This document shows, piece after piece, positions 11,740 through 24,240 of a stretch of DNA of 64,000 bases (the first letter of the stretch is position 1; each line of letters starts with the position of its first letter). The translations under genes and the position numbers were made by a program. This DNA comes from Camelus dromedarius (Eukaryota): the NCBI RefSeq assembly GCF_036321535.1, contig NC_087437.1, positions 90,956,001 through 91,020,000 of the forward strand, read 5' to 3'. The notes under the pieces were generated by a model, which saw only the letters and a list, made by a program, of their open reading frames with translations, was not told where the DNA came from and did not search any database.

Positions 11740-12847
11740 TTAATTACATTGAATGCAAGTTATGTGAAGACCAAAAAGCAAGCACTTCAAATGATATAAA
11801 AAAGAAAGATTCAACTATATGTCATTTGTAAGAGACTTTTAACTTTTTAACAAATTAAAGTTAAGTACTTAAGATGATCAAAAATCATGTATAATGCAAA
11901 TGTAAATTATACAAAAAAATGGGGGATTATAACAATCAGTAAAAAAGCCTCGAGAAAAGCAATATTCAAGAGATGAAGAAGGAAATGTTTTATTGACCAA
12001 AGGACTCATTTGTCAAGAAAACATGAAAGTCCTAAAGATGCATGTACTTAGTGGTAGAGTTTAAGCATTAATAAAGAAAACATTTTTAAAATTTAAGGGA
12101 GAAATAGACAGATTTAAATCATTTTAGAAATTTTAAAACTCCATTGTTTTTCCATTGTGTATGTATAATTTCTGAGGACTTTACAAAAACATGAAAATAA
12201 AATATCTTAGTACCAGAATTTGACAATGTCATAATATATGACATTAATATGTGACATTAATATGCAAATTGTATTTCTATACATTAGCAATAAAAACTTT
12301 GAAAACAATTAAAAATAATTTTCACTAGTATAAAAATAATTTTAAAATAAGGATAAACTCAACAAAAGATACACAAGATTTCTGTACTGAAAACAAAACA
12401 ACTGTTTTGCAAAAATATGTGAATGATGTAAATAAGTTGAAAGATATAACATGATAATTGGAAGACAAAATGTTGCTAAAAAGATAATTCTTTCCTTATT
12501 GATCTTTTGATTTAATGCAATAGTAGTCGGAGTCCCAACAAGCATTTTGTACACAAGGACAAGCAAATGATAGAATTTACTTGTAAATACAAAGGACCTA
12601 GTATAGCCAAAATTATTTTAAAAAAGAAGGAATTTCAGGATTTATAATACCTGATTTTAAGAATTACTGTAAAAGTACTAGTAATCGAGACAGTGTGACA
12701 TTGACATGAGAAGAGAAAAAAAGTGATGGAACAGTACAGAGTCTACAGCTAAACATACGTAATTGATTTTCAATAAATGTTCAGAGCAATCCAATGGATA
12801 AAAGGAAAATGTCTTCAAAAGTGGAGCTAAAATTACTGGATAAGCAA

Positions 12848-12887
<40 letters not shown>

Positions 12888-13910
12888 TTACCAGTATCTC
12901 ATTTCAAACACAAAACTTAATTGGAGATAGATCATAGCCATAAACATGAAAATTAAACTCCATAACTCCTAGAAGAAAGCTTAACAATATCTTGACCTTT
13001 GTTTGGGTGGCAAAGATATTTTGGACTGGAGCAAAAATCACCCTTCTTAGAAGAAAAAAATGTATAATGAATTTCATAAAAATTTAAAACTTTTTTCTTC
13101 AAGAGACGATTTTAAAGATGATTAATGAAGCAACACTTGGAAAAGCCATTCATGACAAATAATTTTTTTATCCAGAATGTATAAAGAAAATCTGTAACTC
13201 AATAACAAAAATATGAAAATTTTTAAAATATGGATAAACATTTGAAATGTACAGTTTACAAAGGAAAAGCGAATAAACACATTAATTTTTTCAACATTAT
13301 AGTCATCAGGGACATAACATTTAAAAGCACAAAAAACACTGACAACAAAGTACTGGTGAGAATGAGAAGCAAATGAAACTCTCATATGTTGCTGTTAGGA
13401 ATAAGTAATAGTTAAATAACATTGTAAAATTGTAATATAGCGTCTTCCCTATGATGTAATAATTTCACTCCTAGGTATTGATCCAATATAAATGAAAACA
13501 TGTCCACAAAAATACATGTGCATGGAATGTTCATAGCAGCTACATCTATAGCAGTAACGAATCAGAAATGACCAAATGTCCATTGTTTGGAGAATGGATA
13601 AACAAATTCAATGAAATACATTCATCAATAAATTGAACAAATTACTAGCATATGACAAGAATGAAATGCCAGAACACTACTGAGTGAAAGGAAGACGCAA
13701 AATGGTAAATGTTGTAGTTTTCCATTCATTTATACTTTTGAGCAGGCAAAGTATAGTGATAGAAATCAGAACAGCAGTTGTCTTCAAGGAGGCAGAAATT
13801 AATTGGCAAGGGACTTGTGGAAAGCGTTGGGCCTAACTGAAATATTCAACACCTTAATTGGGGTGTGGATTACCCCATTTATCAAAAGTTATCAAGCAGT
13901 ACACTTAAAA
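11740..13910 (+). mobile_element. Older L1 (L1MC/L1ME-like) fragments: endonuclease piece, ORF2 C-terminus and 3' UTR
   Basis: Endonuclease-start motifs 'attacattgaatgcaa' and 'caactatatgtcatttgtaagagac'. Downstream motifs 'ttcactcctaggtattgatcc', 'gaatgttcatagcagc' and 'gaatggataaacaaatt', ending 'gtacacttaaaa'. Confidence 0.75.
12852..12884. repeat. (CA)n microsatellite
   Basis: Perfect CA dinucleotide run. Confidence 0.95.
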
Positions 13911-15039
13911 ATATAGCTGACCTTGTTATTTTATCTAAAATTCTATTATGCCAAGATTGAAATGATTTGTTGTTACAGAATTTAAGTGTTACAGAGTTCA
14001 AAGAGACTACTAAATAGAAAACATAAAATGCCATTCATACATATTAGTATTAACTCTTATAGTATTCTCCTTTCTAAGGATGTAAATCTTTTTTATTGTA
14101 CTGAAAGTCAACTAGAGATATCTATTTATTTTGAAATTGTTACAAATATGCTAAGAATCAATTAAGTAAAAATTTAAATACATATTATAAATATTTAAAA
14201 TAATTTAAAATTTTATTTAAAACCATTGACTTTAAAGCACTTTCTATAACTACATATAGATATACACACACCCACAATATTATGTATATTGTGTTTGTAG
14301 TACTATAAAAGTATGATTTTTTATAAATTTTAACCTGTTAAAGAAAAAAAATAGAGGTAAAACAGAGGCATGTACATTCATCAGTGATATACTGTAACAA
14401 AGGGCTGAGCATACAGTCAATCTTCCATTGGTATAAGATTTCTTAATGGCATCCTTTACCATCAATTTTCAAAAGTTTTCCGCTATGAATTATTTTGTAG
14501 TTACTCTAAGGCTACAACCACCCCCAATCAATCAAGTTAAACAGTATTTGGTGGCAAAATATCCAACCGTGCTAGCTTAAAGCTGTTACCTATAAATATT
14601 TCTAAAACCACATTTTGTTATGTCTACAAGTATTCATAAACCCAAGTCCTTCATTTAATCATATTTACCCATAATATTTTATTCACATCAATAAAGCATT
14701 GTTAGTAGCATTAATGAGAGTAGTCATTTGTACATAAATTGATTATATTTTTGACATTTGTATTTGTGTCCCAGAGACATGAAAATAGGCTCCAGAAAAA
14801 TCATTTATAATCTCTTTATAAGCATTGAAGAAGTTTCTAAAAAAGAAATAATCCTTAATTTTAAGTTTTGTAGTTTCAGTGCCCTTACAAGAAAAATAAA
14901 AAAGGCTATGCAATGTCAAATTGATTAAAATATAAACCGTGAGGGAATAGTTACCAATATAGAACAGTAAAGTTATATTTATAATTCAGTCCAGCTTTAC
15001 CAGATGCAACTTTCCTCATCAATAGGAAATTTTAAAATA

Positions 15040-16170
15040 GACCCACAGGAATTTCACAATTTAAGGTGCTTCCTTTAGACAGTTTATTGACAGGTAGAGG
15101 CATTTAAATACATTCAACACAGTCAAATATGTGATGAGGTAGATGTGCTTTTCAATGCATGAACATGGCAACTAATCTAGAAGAGCTCTTGGGAAAGACT
15201 TCCCTGTGGAGAAGGCTTGCCAGATTTAACAAATAAAATACAAGATGAATAATATTTCAGTATAAATGTGTTGCAAATATTACATGGGACATGCTTATAC
15301 TGAAATATTTTTGTGTATCTAAAATACAAATTTCACTGGGCATTCTATATTTTTTCTGGAAACCTACTGAGGAGGTAAGTCAGCAGTTAAGTTTTGAGGA
15401 AATAAATTAAAGAAGATGTGGGGCCAAAGAATTAGGAGACTACCCATTTTCTATGGTATTAAAGTAGACATTTCATGATGGGACTTATTCAGAGTAGACA
15501 GCAAAATGTAGGAGTTGGGAACAACAAATTATGACAGTGGAGACCAAATCAGATATAGACTCTGTATGCCATGGAAAGAAATCTGAACGTTTTGTTGAAG
15601 GTATATGGTTAAGAAATCAAGGGAGAGAGGGTGGCATTTGGAGGATTATTCCAACCACAGGGACGACAAAGAAATTAAGAAGGTATGATTGGAAATAGTG
15701 TGGTCACTTATGAGTCTGGAACACAGGAAAAAATATCATAAGAAAAATGATGAGAGGTGGTTAGTAAGAGGGATGGAAAGAAGGAAATATTTCTCTATTG
15801 TAGAAATATAAATTAGCCAGCTTCATTTACCAACTAAATGTAGAGCAATAAAGTGAGGAAAAATGAAGAATCTCTTCAGTTTTCTTGTTTGGGCAAAACA
15901 AAGAAAGTAATTATGCCATTTAGTGAGCTTTACAAAGTAAGGTAAAAGTAGTGTTGAGAAGGAGGTGGTGAGTTCAACTTTGGATGTTTTGAAATCCAGT
16001 TTTAGGATACAATATCTAGAAGAACTGTGGAGTTTGGAGTTGTATTTATGGCCCTTGAATTTAGTAGTAGGGAACATTTGCTGAAGATAAAAATTTTGAG
16101 CTATTGGCATAGAAACAGTAGTTGAATTCATGGGAGAAAGTATAATGATTCAGCACATATGTGTAGCTTG
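15040..16170 (-). mobile_element. L2 LINE fragment (antisense), interrupted by MER53
   Basis: Antisense L2 motifs 'gggaaagacttccctg', 'tgtatgccatggaaagaaatctgaac' and 'gtgagttcaactttggatgtttt'. Confidence 0.65.
15212..15366. mobile_element. MER53 (hAT) palindromic MITE with 8-bp target-site duplication
   Basis: Termini 'aaggcttgccagattt' and 'tctggaaaccta', with centre 'caaatattacatgggacatgcttatact'. Flanked by ctgtggag (15204-15211) and ctgaggag (15367-15374), an 8-bp TSD with one mismatch. Confidence 0.88.
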
Positions 16171-16299
16171 AAAAGATTCCATCAAATCTATAAGACAATT
16201 ATTTTACAAACTTTAGCTCATTTAATAGTTTAAAATAAAAACAATGAAGGCATTGCATGTTTAAAGGAATTGTCTATAGACAAATAACTTAACCTTCTT

Positions 16300-16460
16300 T
16301 TAAACAAACTTACAAGGTATATGTTATAATCCCCATTTTCCAGAGGAAGAAACTCAATTTAGTTGAGGATAAACAATTTGATCAAGGTTGTACAGCTATT
16401 AAAAAATAGAGGGGCAGTGATACTAACTTAAGTCAATATGACTCAAAGCTTACAGTTCTT
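16300..16460 (-). mobile_element. MIR SINE fragment
   Basis: MIR core 'atccccattttccagaggaagaaactc...gatcaaggttgtacagcta'. Confidence 0.7.
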
Positions 16461-16809
16461 TGATCACAAAATATGACCTTAATCTCTATAAAAACAGCAC
16501 TATTATTTACAGTGTGTTATTTGGAAAAATAATGAATGAACTGAAATATTTACCTAATGCTTGAGTCTAAAATATTAAATATAGTAGCTAATTAAAATTT
16601 TGAAGTTAATATGTCATATATACAAAGGTGAACAACAAAATATGCCTACATTTAGTAAAAGCAGTAAAGTGTTAAGGACTTTAAATTTCCAAGTTACCAA
16701 TTTTGGATCAAAATGATGTATCATGACATAAAATGTAAGAAGAATGTCAAATATGTCAAGATTGCTTTAACAATGCCCACCAATGGCGTCACATTGTAAG
16801 ACTTTTGAT

Positions 16810-16941
16810 TATGGTGTCTATGGCTCCTAATTTACATAGTGCCCTCTTAGTTTATGTCTGTTTTTCTAGTGTAATTATTAATAGCATCTCCTTTTTCCCC
16901 ACAGAATTCCATTTTAGCTGATACAATGAGTGGTCTCCTTA
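16810..16941 (-). mobile_element. MER94 (hAT-Blackjack)
   Basis: 'gtttatgtctgtttttctagtgtaattattaatagcatctccttt...tggtctcctta' matches reversed MER94 (GTTTACGCCTGTTGTCCCGGCGTAATTATTAATAGCGCCCCCTTT...TGGTCACCCT). Confidence 0.7.
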
Positions 16942-17119
16942 CCTATGAGGTATGGCAATATGCCAGAGTTAAGGTGAGGGGACATAATTAGATACTGTCA
17001 CACAGCAATATTCAAATCCAATTCTCTCTCTCACTCCACATTTTCTATTTAGGTACTTCTCTATCTGTATTTATCAATTGTTATTTCCTGTATGTTGTAG
17101 CCTAATATTCCAGCATCAG

Positions 17120-17310
17120 TAAATATGTGCTGCTCATAATCTATGCTAATTACTGGATTTTCTACACATTATTTCTTTTAATTCTCGCAGCAACCGTGGA
17201 TTCCAGTAGCATTTTAAATTAAACGATAGGAGAATTGACACTCGGAATAGTTTAATTGCTAATAAGCATAAAGTTCTAAGCAGAAAAGTACGGATTTAAA
17301 CGTAGGTCCC
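17120..17310 (-). mobile_element. MIR SINE fragment
   Basis: 'cattatttcttttaattctcgcagcaacc' and 'ggatttaaacgtaggtc' are antisense MIR motifs. Confidence 0.55.
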
Positions 17311-17534
17311 CAGTATATTTCAGCAGCACCCATGTCATCACAAGAAGCTCAAGCAATTTGACTGCCTTTATCTCATGTCAAATGAGAACAAAATCAGAAG
17401 AGAGGCTTCTCTGTAAACTTTTTAACAAACAAAGTAGTTCAGAGTAAGTGTGCCCAGCCCTTTTCATATATGAACACGAGAAATAAAATCAGTGCTTAGC
17501 AATTTCTCCATGCTCTTTATGGCTGAACATTCTG

Positions 17535-18232
17535 GTGTAATGCTTGACCGAGGGGTATTGGCCCTTAGAGGCATTAAACAAGTATAGGAAGCACTTTTGT
17601 TTATCATTGTGATTGAGGATTACTGGTATTTAATGTGCTGACAAAGAGTGCAGTCTGCAATCATTCTCACACAAGAATTGTTCTTTGTTTAATATGTGAT
17701 TTTAGTGTCCTAATAACAATCATAGAGATAAAAACATATTTATAATGAACTGAACCTAGAATAACTTTCTTTACATATAAACGCTTCTTTTTTCCAGTTT
17801 TAGGATACAATAAATTTCTGGGAAATGCAAATACTAGTTGAATAGAAATAAGATTTTAATTTGTTTTGTTCAGGAAGTGAGAGCTGTCCTCAGTTTTAGG
17901 TCCTAGACCATCAATATTAACCCCTCTAGTGGTATTTGATTTTCCTAATGCAGGAAAATATAAGGCTGTATTAGTAGCAGTCAATTTATAGTACATGTAG
18001 CTGACTACACCAGTTCTTCTAATTTTGTCATTCCTGAGTATTTACATATTGAAATGCATGCTGTTTTATTATAAATGACTTTTCTCTTTCTCCTTATATA
18101 GTATTATATTGATCTTTTGAAATTATATTTACAGATAGGCTACGTTATCTATGAATTTCATTTCAGAGTAATAAAAAAGGCATTAAAATTATTTTTTTTA
18201 ATGAAAAGATGTGTTGCGTCTGTGAAAACTAT
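17535..18232 (+). mobile_element. MER20B-like (hAT-Charlie) element
   Basis: Start 'ttgaccgaggggtattggcccttagaggcatt', followed by 'tactggtatttaatg', 'cacaagaattgttc' and 'ctgaacctagaataactttctttacatataaac'. Confidence 0.6.
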
Positions 18233-18485
18233 TTCCTCAAAGGAATAGAGGAATCCCTCTAGAAGGACACTGGAGACTTCTGACTCATAAACTTTATAAG
18301 TTCTGAGGAATTTATACCGTAACCAAACTTAAAATGGAAATTAACTTGTTACATTATACCTCACTGATGGAGCTGGTTATTTTGTTAAAATGGCTTTGAA
18401 CACCCTAGTTATTGCCACTCATGCTCTGAATATTCAATGAGATAGATGGATCTCTTTGCAAAGTTGGAATACCTCGAACATTACC

Positions 18486-18901
18486 TGTATCATGACACTG
18501 CTGCACCTTCAGATCCCTGCTTCAGGTCTGAAGAACTTATCCAAACTGTGGGGAAGATTCTTGTCTGACAATCTTCAGCTATCAGTTGTCTTCAAATTGC
18601 CTCAGCTGGAGACTACTTTTCCTAAAGTCATGTCCTCTGCCCCTCTATCCTGGCAATCTGTGTTCATTGACTTCTAGACACAGGGTATACAGTCCTGGCT
18701 CCCTTGCTCAAAGTTAGAAATACTTTGAAAAGCCACGTTAGCTTTGGCACTCCCTGAGGGGTCCTCTGATATCTTGTATCTGTGCCACAAATCCTACTTT
18801 CTGCTCAATCTTGCTATATTCCCTTCTCCCAATGAATATTGACTCCAAGAACACTAAACTCTATGTCAGCCTTAGCTTTCTGGGGAAGCCTGCTTGTGAT
18901 A
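18486..18901 (+). mobile_element. LTR16C-like (ERV-L) solo LTR
   Basis: 'ttgcctcagctggagac', 'cctaaagtcatgtcctc' and 'tctgctcaatcttgct', ending 'gctttctggggaagcctgcttgtgata', which resembles the LTR16C end GCTTCCCGGGGAACCCAACCTGCGACA. Confidence 0.7.
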
Positions 18902-18977
18902 CTCAGCCTGGATATACAGGCATATTTAGGGTCAGGATTACAGGTATATGGATAGATATTTAGAAAAAAAAGATGTA

Positions 18978-19036
18978 GTTAGGTAGGTAGGAGGATGGAT
19001 AAAATGATGGATGGATGGATAGATAGATAGATAGAT
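18978..19036. repeat. Compound (TAGG)/(GGAT)/(AGAT)n tetranucleotide microsatellite
   Basis: Directly visible tandem tetramers. Confidence 0.9.
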
Positions 19037-20329
19037 CCATCATCATTGTTAAATTGATCTAAATAGTCATATCATTTAATCACTTCATGTTGGAAGTGAG
19101 GAAACAGCTCTCTAGTTTTACATTACTCGTCTAAAGCCCTATGGCCAGTGCGTGGAAGAATCCAAGTGTATAAGTCTCCAAGCACTCAAAGCAGAGCTTT
19201 CTGCCACTAATAGGGCTGTGATGTTTTAATCAACAGTTTATCCTTTTGATCAATACCTTTACCATTTCTCAGGTTTAATCATTCTATCTTCTCAGTATCT
19301 ACTATATAATATGTTACTGTGCAGATCTTTTGCTAATCTGTTGTATATATTGTTGACTCATTTCATCATAGTGTTTTATTTTTATTTACTTAATCATTTA
19401 TTATTCATAATTTAAATTATATTTATAAAGATCAATAATCTAGCAATTAATATATTAATATTTATTCTTTATATAGAAACATTTAATAATTTATTATTAT
19501 TATTATTTAGAGATGATTTTAGCCCTTAAAGGTGGACATATTAAAAATTATGTAAGCCTAGGTTCACTTTCATCTTCTTTCCATAAAGATGTTCTACTTC
19601 ATTATAAACACATTATAATTGAGTGCTATATGACATACATTAATACAATAAAATATACTTCATAAACTTTTGCAACCCCACTGTTTCAATTATATGTGAC
19701 TTCAATTTTTCATTTTGATTTCAGAGTCTGAAGAAGTATTAGTTTTCCCTGTCCCTAGGCATTTTTGTATGTACTATTTTTGTCTTCATCTCAGTGCTTC
19801 TTTCTTTCCATCTGACTTTTTTATTTCCAATGTCATCAAACAAGAGACCACTAGAGAGCTGTCCTTCATCTTTTCATTATCTAAAAGAAGCGGGAAGATG
19901 GAAACCATCACTTCCCAAAACAACAACCAAAAAAGAAACAAAATAAATAAAAAGGGAAAAAAGGTGAATGGAGGTTTCTCATGCTCTGTGGTATAAAGCA
20001 GCATTCAAATTATGTGATTATAAAGGTTTTTCAAAATGATCTACTCATTGCAATACAATACCTGTGCTTGCTCTTGATTTCCCACCTTTTACCATGCATC
20101 TAACATATAGTCATATTTGAGAAAGTATCAGACAGTATCTACCTTTGGTAATGTCTGTATTCCTCTGAGTAGAATTTCCAGTAACATATCTAGCTAGAAA
20201 AATAGAGATTAATTATTAAAATGCAATAATGAGAGCCTTCAGCATTAGCACACATTGAAACAGCAAATTCATCTAACTGATAAACTGGTTTTTGGCAAGG
20301 GCATGTACAATATATATATGGTTTCAGGA

Positions 20330-20847
20330 TTACACATTGGAATAATACTCAGTCATGAGTAAGAAGAAAATCCTGCATTTGTGACAACATAGATGAAATT
20401 TGTGGGCATTAGGCTAAGTGAAGTAAGTCGGACAGAGAAAGACAAACACTTGTATGATCTCACCTAAATGCAAATTCTGAAAAAGCTGAACTCATAGAAA
20501 TGGACAGTAAAGTGGAAGTTGCCAGGGGCTGACGATGGTAGAAATGGAGAGAAGGTGGTCAAAGGATACAAACTTCCCATTTTTAGAATGAGTAAGTTCT
20601 GAGGATCTAATATACAGCATGGTGGTTATAGTAAACAACACTGTATTAAATACTTGAAAGTTGCTGAGTAGATCTTAAATATTCTCACACAAAAAGAAAT
20701 GATGATTATGTAAGATGGTGGTGGAATTAACTAACTGCTATGGTAATCATTTTGCAATATATGTCTATCAAATCAACATGTTATGCACCTTAACCTTAAA
20801 CATTATATGTCAATTATATCTCAATAAAGCTGGGAAAGTAAGAAAAA
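20330..20847 (+). mobile_element. L1MA9/L1MA10-like 3' end
   Basis: 'atttgtgacaacatagatg', 'ctaagtgaagtaagtc' and 'gagtaagttctgaggatctaatatacagcatggtg', ending 'tgtcaattatatctcaataaagctgggaaa'. Confidence 0.9.
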
Positions 20848-21714
20848 ATGTGCTTAAATATAAAACATGTTAAATTTCTAAATTGGTCAAAATCAAAGAA
20901 CATAGGACTTTTTTTAAAGGAAAAAGGCATTTTTTTTTCTTTTAAGAAAAGGTTCCAACAAATTGACAAAGGTAGAATGCTGACAATGTGTCCTTCCTAA
21001 GCAGGGGTCTGGGATGAAGTCAAGTCTGACCAGGGGTTGGGAGAAGCTAACAGTCTTCCCTGTGGCCCTAGGAGAAGACCAGGCAGGCTCAGGGGTGCAG
21101 GGGTGGGACTTCATTCTGTTAACGTTAAAAATTACCTGCAGCTTCAGCCAGACTCAGAGAGGACAGTGGGTGGCCCTGCTCTGTCTCCACCTCCTAACAC
21201 TGCTCTGTGCTCCAGTGGAGACAGAGCAGTCTGAGGAGGGGCTGGTAGCAGAAGGCTCCTTGCAGATGGTCACCTGAGTGTGATTCTCAAATTCACAGAC
21301 CCCCTCCACCCCTTTCATCCCCTGTAAACATGAGAATGGACTCCTCACTGCCAAGCCCCCCAAGACAAAAAAATAACCCAAATATTTAATTTATACAATT
21401 TTAGTCTTAATATAACCTCAATATATATTTCCTATGACATTTTCAAATTGTATCTCGTATTAATTCCTTTCTTTCCAACCATCACCTTATCGCAATCTCT
21501 CATAATTTTATACATGGATAATTATCTTTTTGTCCCTAGGCTATTTCCTGTATAATCCACTAGCAAAATGCTGTTAGATTACACACCACTGCAATTTTAT
21601 AAGTACTTTGTTCATAATTCTTCAGTATGTTCTTGTTGCTTATTTTAGAATAACTTCTCTAGGCATTCTGATTGTAGAAGAGTCTGGCCTCAAAACTATT
21701 TTGCCAAAATAAAT

Positions 21715-21960
21715 TGTAGTCTTATATATTAAGATTACTTTTGGTGAAAGTGATTCAACTCAAACTAGCTTAAATTAAAGAGAAGTTTATTGGCATATAC
21801 AAGTGTAAATCATAGCGGAATATGTAGTTCATTTATAGTTTGATGTAGTACTCAATCATTACCACCCAAATTTATTGGTTGTGTCATTCCTGCTGGGTTA
21901 ATATCATCTTCTGGCTGATTAATTTTTTGCTAAAAAAAATGGTTGTACCAGTACCAAAAT
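21715..21960 (-). mobile_element. MLT1K/L-like MaLR LTR fragment
   Basis: 'gaaagtgattcaactcaaactagcttaaattaaagagaagtttattggc' resembles the reversed 3' end of old MLT1 LTRs. Confidence 0.5.
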
Positions 21961-22044
21961 TACTGCTGGTGTTAGTAGCACTACCTACCTTGCCACGGGT
22001 GTTTTTCAAGAAAAACCAGAACTATGTCTAAGCAATCCCAGAAA

Positions 22045-23030
22045 AAGTCAAGGCATTCAATTTATTGAACAGTAAAATCTTGAAAGCTTTTTCTCTAAGA
22101 TTAGGAGCAAGATAAGGGTGCTCCCTCTCACCATTGCTGTTCCACACAGTACCCAAATTCTTTGCCAGAGAAATTAGGTAAGAAAAATAAATAAAGAGTA
22201 TTCTAATTAGAAAGGAAGAAGTGAAATTCTTTGCTTGCTGATGACACAATCTTGTATGTAAACAACCTTGAAGACTCCACCAAAAATTATTAGATTTAAT
22301 CAATGAATTCAGCAAACTTCCAGGATACAAAATCAACATGCAAAAATCAGTTGCCTTTCTATACACTAACAAAAACATATTTGGAAATAACTAAAAGTAT
22401 CTCATTTATAATAGCATCAAAACCAATAAAACACACAAGAATAAATTTAACCAAGGAGTTGAAAGAGATCTTCAATGAAAAACTATAAGATCTTGATGAA
22501 AGACCTTGAAGAAGACACACTAAATGTAAAGATGTCTGTGTTCATGGATTGAAAGGGTCAATATTGTTAAAACATCCTACTAACAAAAGCCATCTGTAAA
22601 TGGAGCACAATCCCTATCAAGATCCAATGTGGAATTTGGACACTTATTGCAATCCCTATCAAAATTCCAGTAACATTTTTCACAGAAGTAGAAGAAAAAA
22701 TTTGTGTGGAACTACAAAAGACCCTGAGTAACCAAAGCAATCTTGAGAAAGAAGAACAAAGCAGGGGGCATCATACTATCTAATTTTAAACTACACTATA
22801 AAGTTTTAGTGATCAAACAGTACGATACTGCCATACAAATTGAGACATATATCAATGGGACAGTATCAAGAGCCCAGAAATAAACTCTTGGTTATATGGT
22901 GAACTAATATTTGATAAGGGAACTAAGAGGAGAAGATAGTGTATTCAATAAATGCTTCTGGGAAAAGTGGATAATCACATGATGAAATTTAAATTGCACT
23001 GCTTTCTTATATTACTCACAAAAATTAACC
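22045..23030 (+). mobile_element. L1 ORF2 reverse-transcriptase region fragment
   Basis: 'aaagcttttctctaagattaggagcaagataagggtgctccctctcaccattg' (R.G..LSPL motif), catalytic LADD near 22235, 'caggatacaaaatcaac' and 'agagcccagaaataaac'. Confidence 0.9.
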
Positions 23031-24059
23031 CTTAACAATTTTAAAATAGATTTCTAAAGGGAGGGATAATGTTTTTTTTGTTGTTGTTGGCCATTAGAAA
23101 ATTCACAAATTATTAATTCTTCTGGTGTATAAAAGGGAATTACTCTAAGATATAAAATCCAATATGGTAGTATATCAGGAAATAACAGATTTAAGCATAT
23201 CCCTACTAAACTGATAGCATATAAAGTCACAATATCATATTATTATAATTTTATCATGACTGAAAAATGTAGATTGCCCAGGGGTTGGAAAAATAAGAGT
23301 AGGAAGACAAATACAATTATGACAAGATATAAATTAATTGGCATTTTTTGAATAATTAGTAGAAACGTGTTAGTTGTTAACCTTATACAAGTTAATATCA
23401 AGGGAATTAAAAAACTAATAATGAAGTAACTAAATTTAATCATTAAATATGTGAGACATTGTATACTTATACTCTATAAAGTTAAGTGCAGATGCATACA
23501 TTGTATTTATATTTTGAAATACATATGAAAAATATTGCATTTTATGTATTCATATTTAATCTTAGCCTTTTCTTTTTAGTAAAAGTTTTCATTTATTTGC
23601 AGTCTGTATACCATGGGATAGACTACTTGATAACAAAATTATTTTCTAGTCCTGAGCTAATATTTTCAGAACATTTTCACATAACAATAGCTCTGAACGT
23701 GGAATGAACTGAAGGAAATGAGAAAAAACAGTACCGGCTATACATGTGCTACAGGGATAATTTCAAAGGAAAAAAACACCTAAGTCAGAATCATCATCAT
23801 CAATTAATGGTTTTATTTAACATTTTTGAGTACTATTTTTCCTTTCTCTCAAAACAACTGGATTTTTGTTTTCAGTGACAGAAAATACTTAAAGTCACTT
23901 AAACTTAATATTGGAAGCTATCAATGGCCCATCCAAACCCAATGACCCACAAAAACAAAGCAAAGCAAAATAGTCTTCAACAACAACAAAAAATAGTATC
24001 AGCGTGCTTAAAAGTTAACGCTAAAGGAGAACTGAAGGAAAAAGAATCAGCACAGAAAT

Positions 24060-24240
24060 GTGTAGTGGCTTAGAGCTCTGTAAATGCTTTTTCCGTGTAT
24101 TATGTAATACTCACATCTACTTCTATGTGAAGATAGTTACTACCCATATATTTCAGGGCAGTACTCAGGCTCAGACAGGTTAACATGCCCAAAGTTATAT
24201 ATAGTCCATGTACGGGAGAGAGGAGCCTCAGATATCGAAG
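24060..24240 (-). mobile_element. MIR SINE fragment
   Basis: 'cccatatatttcagggcagtactcaggctcagacaggttaacatgcccaaagtta'. Confidence 0.55.

Noticed and set aside
16905..16973. Apparent 45- or 69-nt in-frame exon (NSILADTMSGLLTYE...) with a good acceptor
   Set aside because: The acceptor and most of the exon lie within a decayed MER94, so the signals are most simply a by-product of the repeat.
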